DNA from: a bacterium
GTDB taxonomy: Bacteria; Auribacterota; UBA6266
DNA length: 64,000 nt
Assembly (NCBI GenBank): GCA_023228325.1
Contig: JALOBK010000001.1
Span: 1,094,133 to 1,158,132 of the forward strand
Reading direction: 5' to 3'
The position numbers were made by a program, and so were the translations under genes. Positions 56,811 through 64,000 of this stretch are shown piece by piece. Under the pieces are notes generated by a model. The model ran no database searches. It saw only the letters and a program-made list of their open reading frames with translations, and was not told the DNA's origin. How positions within the stretch are numbered: the stretch's first letter is position 1; each line of letters opens with the position of its first letter.

Positions 56811-56838
56811 TTGACAGGCCCTGTTTTTTCATTATAAT
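56811..56838 (+). promoter_or_regulatory. Consensus sigma70 promoter
   Basis: TTGACA-16bp-TATAAT upstream of PEP-CTERM gene. Confidence 0.8.
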
Positions 56839-56843
56839 GAAAA

Positions 56844-56862
56844 TACCAGTAACATACCAGTA
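56844..56862 (+). promoter_or_regulatory. Candidate operator (direct repeat TACCAGTA-N3-TACCAGTA)
   Basis: Perfect 8-bp direct repeat, 11-bp period, over the predicted transcription start. Confidence 0.6.
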
Positions 56863-56894
56863 TTATTAACTAAACACAAAATTATAGGACGGGG

Positions 56895-57542
56895 GTGATT
56901 CGAATGAGGTTAGTAGCGGTGTTTTTTGTTTGTATGTTGATTATGGTTCCGGCTGTCGCGTCAGCCAATATGCTTGTTGATTCTGGTTTTGAGGGATCCG
57001 GCGCCGGTTCGTGGATTGAAGATTTGTGGGGCGGGCCATGGGTAAATGATTTTGATAATACAGTTAATTCGCGCAGCGGGGAAAGCCTTTACCAGTCTGT
57101 CAACGGTTCCAATGATCCCGGTAACTGGGAAAAAGCGGAAGCGAAGCAGATCATATCAATTAATCCCGGAGATGTAATCGGAGGCGGAGCGTGGTTAAAG
57201 TATAATAATCTGAATCAGGTTGAAGCAAAAATAGAATGTAAATGGCTTGACGCGGCTTATAACGAAATAAGCGGAGGTATCGGGACCAGCGTGACCACGG
57301 GCACAGGCGATTGGGAATATCAGGATCTTAATGTATGGTCGGTTTCCGACAGGACAGCTCCCGAAGGAGCTTCTTACGTGGATTTCAGGTTGTTTCTTCT
57401 TGCTCCCGGAACAGCGGATACGGCTACCGGGGAAATCTGGTGGGATGACGCCGATTTTGGAGTAATCCCGGAACCCGCAAGCATAGTTCTTCTGATCGGG
57501 GGGATAACAGGATTGCTGATTTTCAGGAAGAGAAGAAGGTAA
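56895..57542 (+). CDS. PEP-CTERM protein with CBM-like domain
   Basis: Signal peptide, NMLVDSGFE...WWDDA, C-terminal IPEPAS + TM + RKRRR; start GTG 56895 or ATG 56904. Confidence 0.9.
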   Translation: MIRMRLVAVFFVCMLIMVPAVASANMLVDSGFEGSGAGSWIEDLWGGPWVNDFDNTVNSRSGESLYQSVNGSNDPGNWEKAEAKQIISINPGDVIGGGAWLKYNNLNQVEAKIECKWLDAAYNEISGGIGTSVTTGTGDWEYQDLNVWSVSDRTAPEGASYVDFRLFLLAPGTADTATGEIWWDDADFGVIPEPASIVLLIGGITGLLIFRKRRR

Positions 57543-57558
57543 AGAAACCAATTCTTTC

Positions 57559-57600
57559 AGAGGGTTTTCAGCTCTGCCGAGTTAAGGGAACCCTCTTTTC
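57559..57600 (+). terminator. Hairpin/terminator-like structure after PEP-CTERM gene
   Basis: AGAGGGTTTTC...GGGAACCCTCT stem with inner AGCTC/GAGTT, then TTTT. Confidence 0.55.
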
Positions 57601-57713
57601 CCTACCCTCCCTTCATATGTAAGAACTGCGGCATTCTAATTTTTTTTTATTAAAAAAGGAAATATTATTCTAAAATGATATTATGTTTTTGAAAAGAAGA
57701 AAGGAAAGGCAGC

Positions 57714-60086
57714 ATGGCCGACAGTATCAGGTTAAAAGAAGGGAAATTCATACTCAACGGTAAACCGTTTTTCCTGTATTCGGGAGAAATCCATTATTTC
57801 AGGACCCCGCGCAAAAACTGGAAAAGCTATGTTTTAAAAGCCAAAAGCGCGGGTTTAAACACGATATCGACTTATATACCCTGGATATGGCATGAATTCA
57901 AGGAGGGACAATTTGACGTAAAAGGGAAGACTGCGCCTGAAAGGGATCTGCTTGGATTTATGGACATATGCTCGGGTGAAGGGCTCTATATGCTTTTGCG
58001 CCCCGGGCCGATATGCCATGGGGAAATGATAAACGACAGCCTGCCGTCCTGGCTGGTAAGCGGCGGGCATGATATTTTCATGAAAAGGAAAGACGGGTCT
58101 GCCATAGGAAACAATTTTGTTTCTTTTTCTAACTCTTTATACAGGGAGTTTGTTTCTAAATGGTATGACAATATAATTCCGCATATTTCGGCAAGACAGG
58201 TTACGGAGGGAGGGAATGTAATACTGCTGCAGCTTGATAATGAGATAAGCATGATCAACTGGTGTTCCGGACAGCCGGATTTCAGCGGCAGCTCCGAAGC
58301 CTTCTACAGGGATTTTCTCAGGGATAAATACGGCAGTATAGGCAGGCTTAACGGTGTTTACGGCAGCAATTATGAAAAATTTTCAGATTTAGATATGCCT
58401 CTTCCCGAATTTGACAAAGAGCCCGGCGCCCGTTACTGGGACTGGGCGGATTTCTGGAGGGAGTATTATTCGGATTATTATCTTTTTCTCGCGCGGAAAG
58501 CGAGAAGCCTCGGCATAAAAATTCCTTTATCCGCCAATATTGCCCATTTTCTCGATTTTGATGTATACGGCAGGGGATTGTACAGCCCCATGACTACGTC
58601 CATGTTCAGGTCTTTCCCCGGCAAAGTGGATAACCTTGTTATGGGAGGAGCCTACCAGATGAGAAGGCTTGACTATGAGAATTTTCACGATATAGCTGTG
58701 ACAACCGAAACCGTGAAATCCATCTCTTCAAAAGATTCTCCCGTGATTTGCGCCGAGCTCCAAACGGGCATCATGTTCGATAAGCCTGTTCTTTATCCTT
58801 CGGACGTGGATCTTAATATTTTAAATTCCTGCGCCCACGGCCTGAACGGCCTGAACTGTTACATGTTCGGTTCCGGTAAAAATCCTCCCGGAATAGGCTC
58901 TATGGGAACCTATCATAAGTGGCAGGCCCCGGTAAATATGGATTGTAAAACGGAACCTCATTATGAACCTATTAAAAAATGGGGAAGGTTTTTCGGTGTT
59001 TTCGGGGCTGAAATCGCGGAAACAAAAAAGAATTGCGATGCGGTAGTAGGAATATATTTCCCTTATTACATGACTGAGTATATGAAAGGGAATTTTGCCG
59101 CCGGCATTGAATCTAAAAGAAACAGGCTGTTTTATGACGGGGTCTGCCGTTTGCTTGAACTTTCCGGATGCAGTTTCAGGATTGAGGACATACAAAAAGA
59201 GATACCGGATAAAAAGAAAGTTCTTATTGTGACCTGTTTCGGTTTTATGGAAAAGGGTGTGCAGGAAAAACTGGCGGATTTTGTCCGGTCGGGAGGCAGC
59301 CTCATATTAGGTCCCGAGCTGCCGGACAGGGATCTGGGAGGCGATAAATGCGAAGTGATAAAGGACAGGCTTGGTATAAACTGGGGCATTTCCGGCGATA
59401 TGTTTATAAAAGACGGGAAATGCGGGCTAATGTCGGTTGAAAGGCCGGTGCGCTTCCTGGAATCGGAGAAAGCCGATAATCTGTATTTGAGTTCAGGGGG
59501 GCAGCCTGCCGCCATAAGCAAAAAATGCGGGAAAGGCAATTTAATTGCCTACGGATTTGGTTTGAGCCATGTTTTTGATTATCATATCGATATTATCTCT
59601 CGATTCCTGCGCAGGGCGGGAGTGTGCCCGAGAGTCGAAAAAAACAATATGAAAATCCAAACGGTTTTGCGCACGGGTGAAAAATCTTCCTTCCTGTTCG
59701 TATCGAATTTTCACCAGATTGAAGAAACGGTTGGTTTTACAGTCCGCCTGGACGGCGACAAAAAAATATCCCTGCCGTCAAAAGGCGGATTAAAGCTTGA
59801 AAAACGCAGTTGCAGGATAATTCCCCTGAATTTTTCCGTAACTGAAGATCTTACGCTTGCCTATTGCACGGCGCATGTGCTTGGTTTCAAGGTTATGGGA
59901 AAGTCGATATCCATTGTGCTCCGGGCAGGCGGGCCGGATTATGAGGAAATAGCGTTTACCTGCAAAAAAAGGATACGCGCAAAACTGTCGGGTGAAAAAC
60001 TGTCGGGCATGAAAAAAGGGAAACTTGTGATTTTCAGGATAAAAAGTCTTTCGGAAAAAGCAAAAATTGAGATACATTTACTTTAA
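57714..60086 (+). CDS. GH35 glycosidase (beta-galactosidase/GlmA-like architecture)
   Basis: YSGEIHYFR, GLNTISTYIPW..HE, RPGP, QLDNE (acid/base), CAELQTG (nucleophile), C-terminal trimerisation-like domain. Confidence 0.85.
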   Translation: MADSIRLKEGKFILNGKPFFLYSGEIHYFRTPRKNWKSYVLKAKSAGLNTISTYIPWIWHEFKEGQFDVKGKTAPERDLLGFMDICSGEGLYMLLRPGPICHGEMINDSLPSWLVSGGHDIFMKRKDGSAIGNNFVSFSNSLYREFVSKWYDNIIPHISARQVTEGGNVILLQLDNEISMINWCSGQPDFSGSSEAFYRDFLRDKYGSIGRLNGVYGSNYEKFSDLDMPLPEFDKEPGARYWDWADFWREYYSDYYLFLARKARSLGIKIPLSANIAHFLDFDVYGRGLYSPMTTSMFRSFPGKVDNLVMGGAYQMRRLDYENFHDIAVTTETVKSISSKDSPVICAELQTGIMFDKPVLYPSDVDLNILNSCAHGLNGLNCYMFGSGKNPPGIGSMGTYHKWQAPVNMDCKTEPHYEPIKKWGRFFGVFGAEIAETKKNCDAVVGIYFPYYMTEYMKGNFAAGIESKRNRLFYDGVCRLLELSGCSFRIEDIQKEIPDKKKVLIVTCFGFMEKGVQEKLADFVRSGGSLILGPELPDRDLGGDKCEVIKDRLGINWGISGDMFIKDGKCGLMSVERPVRFLESEKADNLYLSSGGQPAAISKKCGKGNLIAYGFGLSHVFDYHIDIISRFLRRAGVCPRVEKNNMKIQTVLRTGEKSSFLFVSNFHQIEETVGFTVRLDGDKKISLPSKGGLKLEKRSCRIIPLNFSVTEDLTLAYCTAHVLGFKVMGKSISIVLRAGGPDYEEIAFTCKKRIRAKLSGEKLSGMKKGKLVIFRIKSLSEKAKIEIHLL

Positions 60087-60126
60087 TTTGCCTTTATAAT
60101 ATACTTTTTACTGGGGGCGCCGTAAT

Positions 60127-61236
60127 ATGGGGAAGACAGCTAAAGACAGGAGATTTTTTCTTCATCGCCAGTTTATGGAAACGTTGAAGAACGACCTTAT
60201 TGAAGGAAGGTATAAGCCTACGGAGATGATTCCTTCCGAGAGGATTCTTGTCGAAAAATACAAAATCAGCCGTTCAACGGTGAGAAAAGCCCTGGCGCAG
60301 CTGATTTCGGAAGGATGGCTTTACTCGACGCCCGGAACGGGTACGTTTGTGTCGGAAGTTTTCCCGAAAGAGGATTCTTTTGTTCGCTCCAAAAGCAACA
60401 GCGTCGCCTGTGTCTTAAAAACCGCAAACTCGCCGCTTGACAGCCCATACTATTCGAAGATTTTCAGGAGCATGCAGGATAAAGCCGCCGTTTCGGGATA
60501 TCACCTCTCTTTCTACTCTTTTGTAAAAGAATCCAGGGCTGAATTAGTGAAGGTGATAAAGGACAGGAAACTCGACGGGGTGATCATTATAGGATATATG
60601 GGGCAGAACATCATATTGGATGTTTACAGGAATAAAATTCCCATGGTGCTTGTGGATAATCAACTGGATAAAAAAGGAGTTACCACCATTGTGCCGGATA
60701 ATTACGGGGGCGCGTTCCAGGCAACTAAATACCTGATTGACCTGGGGCATAAGACCATATTGTTTATGGGCGGGAACAGGAAGGATTATGCGGTTACGGA
60801 ACGCTTTAACGGATACAGGGATGCCTTGAGACAATGCGGTATAGCTTTCAGGGATGAGCATTATATTAAAAGCCACTACAGGGTAAACGACGGGTATAAC
60901 TCTATGGACAAGGTATTGCGTTCGGGAAAGATCCCATCGGCTGTGTTATGCATAAATGACGAGTCTGCGGTCGGGGCTCTGAAAGCGATAAGGGAAAAAA
61001 GCAGGCTGAGAGTGCCCGAAGACATATCTGTGATCGGTTTTGACGACATAGACTGGGTTGCGCACACAAATCCTCCTCTTACGACCGTGCGCATACAAAA
61101 GGAAGAGATGGGGCGCATGGCGATAGAATTTCTGATAAAGCAGATAGAAAACGATAAATATAGCGGGGCAAAGATTATTGTGCCGACCGAGCTTATCATA
61201 CGTTCATCGTGCTCAAAATATTCAAGAAAAAAATAA
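60127..61236 (+). CDS. GntR-HTH / LacI-type sugar-binding chimeric regulator (AraR-like)
   Basis: PSERILVEKYKISRSTVRKAL..GTGTFV; C-terminal PMVLVD, SVIGFDD, PPLTTV. Confidence 0.92.
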   Translation: MGKTAKDRRFFLHRQFMETLKNDLIEGRYKPTEMIPSERILVEKYKISRSTVRKALAQLISEGWLYSTPGTGTFVSEVFPKEDSFVRSKSNSVACVLKTANSPLDSPYYSKIFRSMQDKAAVSGYHLSFYSFVKESRAELVKVIKDRKLDGVIIIGYMGQNIILDVYRNKIPMVLVDNQLDKKGVTTIVPDNYGGAFQATKYLIDLGHKTILFMGGNRKDYAVTERFNGYRDALRQCGIAFRDEHYIKSHYRVNDGYNSMDKVLRSGKIPSAVLCINDESAVGALKAIREKSRLRVPEDISVIGFDDIDWVAHTNPPLTTVRIQKEEMGRMAIEFLIKQIENDKYSGAKIIVPTELIIRSSCSKYSRKK

Positions 61237-61247
61237 GATTAAGTATA

Positions 61248-61297
61248 TTGACAGAAAAAATTTTTTAATGTATATAGATACCAGTAGCAAACCAGTA
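61248..61297 (+). promoter_or_regulatory. sigma70-like promoter plus candidate operator upstream of GH94
   Basis: TTGACA (61248) -17bp- TATATA; TACCAGTA (61279) / AACCAGTA (61290), 11-bp period. Confidence 0.6.
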
Positions 61298-61347
61298 ATT
61301 TATTTTAAATATCACATGTTCTAACATCGAATCGAAGAAAGGTACTT

Positions 61348-63729
61348 ATGGCAAAAGTCAAAAAGAAAAATTCTTATGTTCGGTACGGGAACTTTTCAGG
61401 CGACAATACTGAGTTTATAATTAAACGTCCCGATACGCCGCGCCCCTGGGTGAATTACCTGTCTAACGGCCGGTTTTGCTCGATAATTTCCCAAACTGCC
61501 GGCGGCTATCACTTTTTTAAGGACCCCACGTATAACAGGATAACCCGCTGGGCGCCCGCCAATTACCTTAGCGATACCCCGGGCAGATATGTGTATGTGA
61601 GGGATAATAATTCGGGGAAATTCTGGTCGGCAACGTATTCCCCCGTCAGAAAGTCCGCGCATTTTAAGTGTGTGCACGGACTTGGTTATACGTCGATAAG
61701 TTCTGATTTCGGTTCGATAAGCGCAAAAGTGGATTTTTTTGTGCCTATGGAAGAAGATCTTGAATGCTGGATTGTCAGTATCCGCAATAACGGGAAAGTT
61801 CCGGCTGATATCACGGTGTTTAATTTTGTCGAGTGGATGGTTGGTCCGTGGGAACCGGAGCTTACGCTTAGAAATATTGCGGCCCTTATGAACGATGTCA
61901 TGTATGACCCGAAATTAAAAGCCATAGTTGCGGGGAAATTTCCATGGGGCAATAAAATATGGCCATATATGTGTTATTTTTCAGCGGGCGTAAGTAACGG
62001 CGGATTTGAAACCGACCTTGAAAAATTTATGGGGCGTTATGGGACTTACGCGTCCCCCGAACAGGTAAAAAAAGGCAAATGTTCCTGTACACGTCATATA
62101 AGGGGATTGAATTCCTCCGCCGTGATTTCCGGAAGGATAAAACTTAAACAGGGAGAAACCAGAACATACATTGTAAATCTCGGTATCTCTAAAGATGATA
62201 AAGAAGCAGGGAGAGTTTTGAACTCATATCTTAAAAGGGATTTTGCGGAGAAAAAATTCATAGAGACTAAAAATTACTGGCGAAAAGCGATATGTGAAAA
62301 TATAAGGATAGAAACTCCGGACAAACAATTGGATTCAGCGGTAAACGTGTGGATGAAATACCAGATTTATATCAATAACCACTGGGGGAGGAGCGCGACA
62401 TATTATCATGAGGGATACGGAGGTTTCGGGTACAGGAATACAGCGCAGGACGCGTGGGCTATGATACCGCTCGACCATAAGTATGCGGGAGAAAAGATAA
62501 AAATGCTTGCCGAACACCAGTGGAAAACCGGCCAGCCGATGGCGGGATGGTCTGTAGAGGCGGGTTCCGACAAAGGAAGGCCCCCTTCGGATTTCCCGAT
62601 CTGGCTGCCGTTTGCGTTAATTTCTTATTTGAAGGAAACGGGAGACTTTAAGATATTAGATGAAAAAGTAAAATTTTTTGACGGGCCTAAAGCAAGCCTT
62701 TATGAGCATACAAAAAGAGCCACCAGATTTCTTATGGATGTGGCAAAAAGTAAAAGAGGATTGCCTTTGATGGGGACACAGGATTGGAATGATGCCCTGG
62801 ACAGGACCGGAATCGGAGGAAAAGGGGAGAGTGTGTGGCTGGGGATGGGGTTATGTGTTGCACTGCTTAATATGATAGAGCTGGCTGATTTTATTAAAGA
62901 TGAAAAAACAAAGAGAGAATGTTTGTCAAGATATGGAAAAATGAAGAATATTATCAATAAATATGCGTGGGACGGGCAGTGGTATATTTATGCCTTCAAC
63001 GATTACGGGAAGCCGATAGGTTCTAAAAAGAATAAAGAAGGCAGAATCCAGCTTAATGCGCAGACATGGGCTATCCTCTCGGGCCTTCCCGACACGGACC
63101 AGCTTAAAAGCATACTTGATGTTATAGATAAGGATCTTGATACCGAATACGGCCCCGCGCTTTTTACCCCGCCTTATACAGAGTATGACGCGACAATCGG
63201 CAGGATTACGGCATTTGCCCCGGGGACCAAAGAGAATGCGGCCATCTTTTGTCATGGAGGCGCATTTAAGTCTTTTGCAGACCTTACTATCGGTCGCCCG
63301 GATGAGGCGTATGATACGATAAAAAAACTTTTGCCTCAAAATAATGAAAGGGATATTGAAGTGTATAAGACGGAGCCTTATTGTTTCAGCGAGTATTTGA
63401 TCGGCCCCGGGAATACAAGGTTCGGGGAAGGGGCTTTTACATGGCTGACGGGTTCCGTAGACTGGATGTTCAAAGCTGTCTGTGAATGGATGCTGGGGAT
63501 AAGGCCTGAATTTGACGGCCTTAAAATTGATCCCCGCCTGCCTTCCGGCTGGAAAAAATGCAGGATGATAAGACCTTTCAGGGGCTCTGTGTATGACATA
63601 GAAATTTTTAATTTATCCGGGAAAAATGGTAAAGTCAAAATAGAAGTTGACGGGAAGAAACAGCCTTCGAATCTTATTCTTCCCCACAGGGATAAGAAAA
63701 AGCATAAAGTTAAAGCGGTGATTGGCTGA
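61348..63729 (+). CDS. GH94 glycoside phosphorylase (chitobiose/cellobiose phosphorylase-like)
   Basis: TPRPWVNYL, GRYVYVRD, GYRNTAQD, DWNDAL, ESVW, ENAAIFCH, WLTGS. Confidence 0.92.
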   Translation: MAKVKKKNSYVRYGNFSGDNTEFIIKRPDTPRPWVNYLSNGRFCSIISQTAGGYHFFKDPTYNRITRWAPANYLSDTPGRYVYVRDNNSGKFWSATYSPVRKSAHFKCVHGLGYTSISSDFGSISAKVDFFVPMEEDLECWIVSIRNNGKVPADITVFNFVEWMVGPWEPELTLRNIAALMNDVMYDPKLKAIVAGKFPWGNKIWPYMCYFSAGVSNGGFETDLEKFMGRYGTYASPEQVKKGKCSCTRHIRGLNSSAVISGRIKLKQGETRTYIVNLGISKDDKEAGRVLNSYLKRDFAEKKFIETKNYWRKAICENIRIETPDKQLDSAVNVWMKYQIYINNHWGRSATYYHEGYGGFGYRNTAQDAWAMIPLDHKYAGEKIKMLAEHQWKTGQPMAGWSVEAGSDKGRPPSDFPIWLPFALISYLKETGDFKILDEKVKFFDGPKASLYEHTKRATRFLMDVAKSKRGLPLMGTQDWNDALDRTGIGGKGESVWLGMGLCVALLNMIELADFIKDEKTKRECLSRYGKMKNIINKYAWDGQWYIYAFNDYGKPIGSKKNKEGRIQLNAQTWAILSGLPDTDQLKSILDVIDKDLDTEYGPALFTPPYTEYDATIGRITAFAPGTKENAAIFCHGGAFKSFADLTIGRPDEAYDTIKKLLPQNNERDIEVYKTEPYCFSEYLIGPGNTRFGEGAFTWLTGSVDWMFKAVCEWMLGIRPEFDGLKIDPRLPSGWKKCRMIRPFRGSVYDIEIFNLSGKNGKVKIEVDGKKQPSNLILPHRDKKKHKVKAVIG

Positions 63730-63747
63730 TGTAAAAGGAAAGCGACT

Positions 63748-64000
63748 ATGCGTCTTCCGTCAAAAAATTGCTTTATAACCGGCAAAGGCTGTTCCGGCGG
63801 AAACGAAAATAAATACCTTTATAAAACGCTCGCCGGTTTAAGAATCGGTATGAAAAGGGATTCTCTAAGGGGATTTACCCTTATCGAGCTCCTGGTGGTA
63901 ATCGTGATAATTTCCATTCTTGCGGGCCTTCTGCTTCCCGCCCTGCGCGGCGGCCGCGAAAAAGCAAGGCAGGCGCTCTGTTACGGCAATTTAAAGCAAC
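63748..64000 (+). CDS. Prepilin-type N-terminal domain protein (partial, runs off the window)
   Basis: In-frame [26 protein letters not shown]...CYGNLKQ; alternative ATG at 63850. Confidence 0.85.
   Translation, partial: MRLPSKNCFITGKGCSGGNENKYLYKTLAGLRIGMKRDSLRGFTLIELLVVIVIISILAGLLLPALRGGREKARQALCYGNLKQ

Noticed and set aside
1-64000. Numerous 60-230 aa antisense or overlapping ORFs in the track; CRISPR, tRNA, rRNA, integrase
   Set aside because: Shadow ORFs lie opposite well-supported genes and lack motifs; no repeat-spacer array, cloverleaf, rRNA or recombinase signature was seen

Overview
Bacterial chromosomal window, densely coding and mostly on the + strand. I saw no rRNA, tRNA, CRISPR array, transposase or phage genes. 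PEP-CTERM proteins, three prepilin-like ([10 protein letters not shown]) proteins and a TolC-like protein point to a diderm, probably PVC-superphylum-like organism (inference). Positions 1-37 kb are mostly housekeeping and signalling: TonB/ExbB/ExbD, CHASE2 adenylate cyclase, yidD, mtnA-thiL-tsaE-tsaB-alr, a GldAFG-like ABC system, an SLC5/STAC-PAS-HD-GYP sensor cluster, ychF, queDECF and addBA. Positions 37-64 kb are a carbohydrate island. The main finding is 50358-54701, a 1447-aa membrane protein carrying, in order, the motifs of eukaryotic FKS/callose 1,3-beta-glucan synthases (GT48), a family I know as essentially eukaryotic. It lies in a tight operon with an apparent triple-TolC single-chain outer-membrane channel and a 1661-aa C-terminally anchored periplasmic protein with a glycosidase-like toroid and YD-like repeats. 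Flanking genes encode a paralogous toroid+CBM protein, a GlgC-like nucleotidyltransferase, CBM-like PEP-CTERM proteins, GH35, GH94 and an AraR-like regulator with a candidate operator. Together these suggest an undescribed bacterial beta-glucan synthesis and export system. All family assignments come from motif recognition by eye and from memory; no database searches were run.
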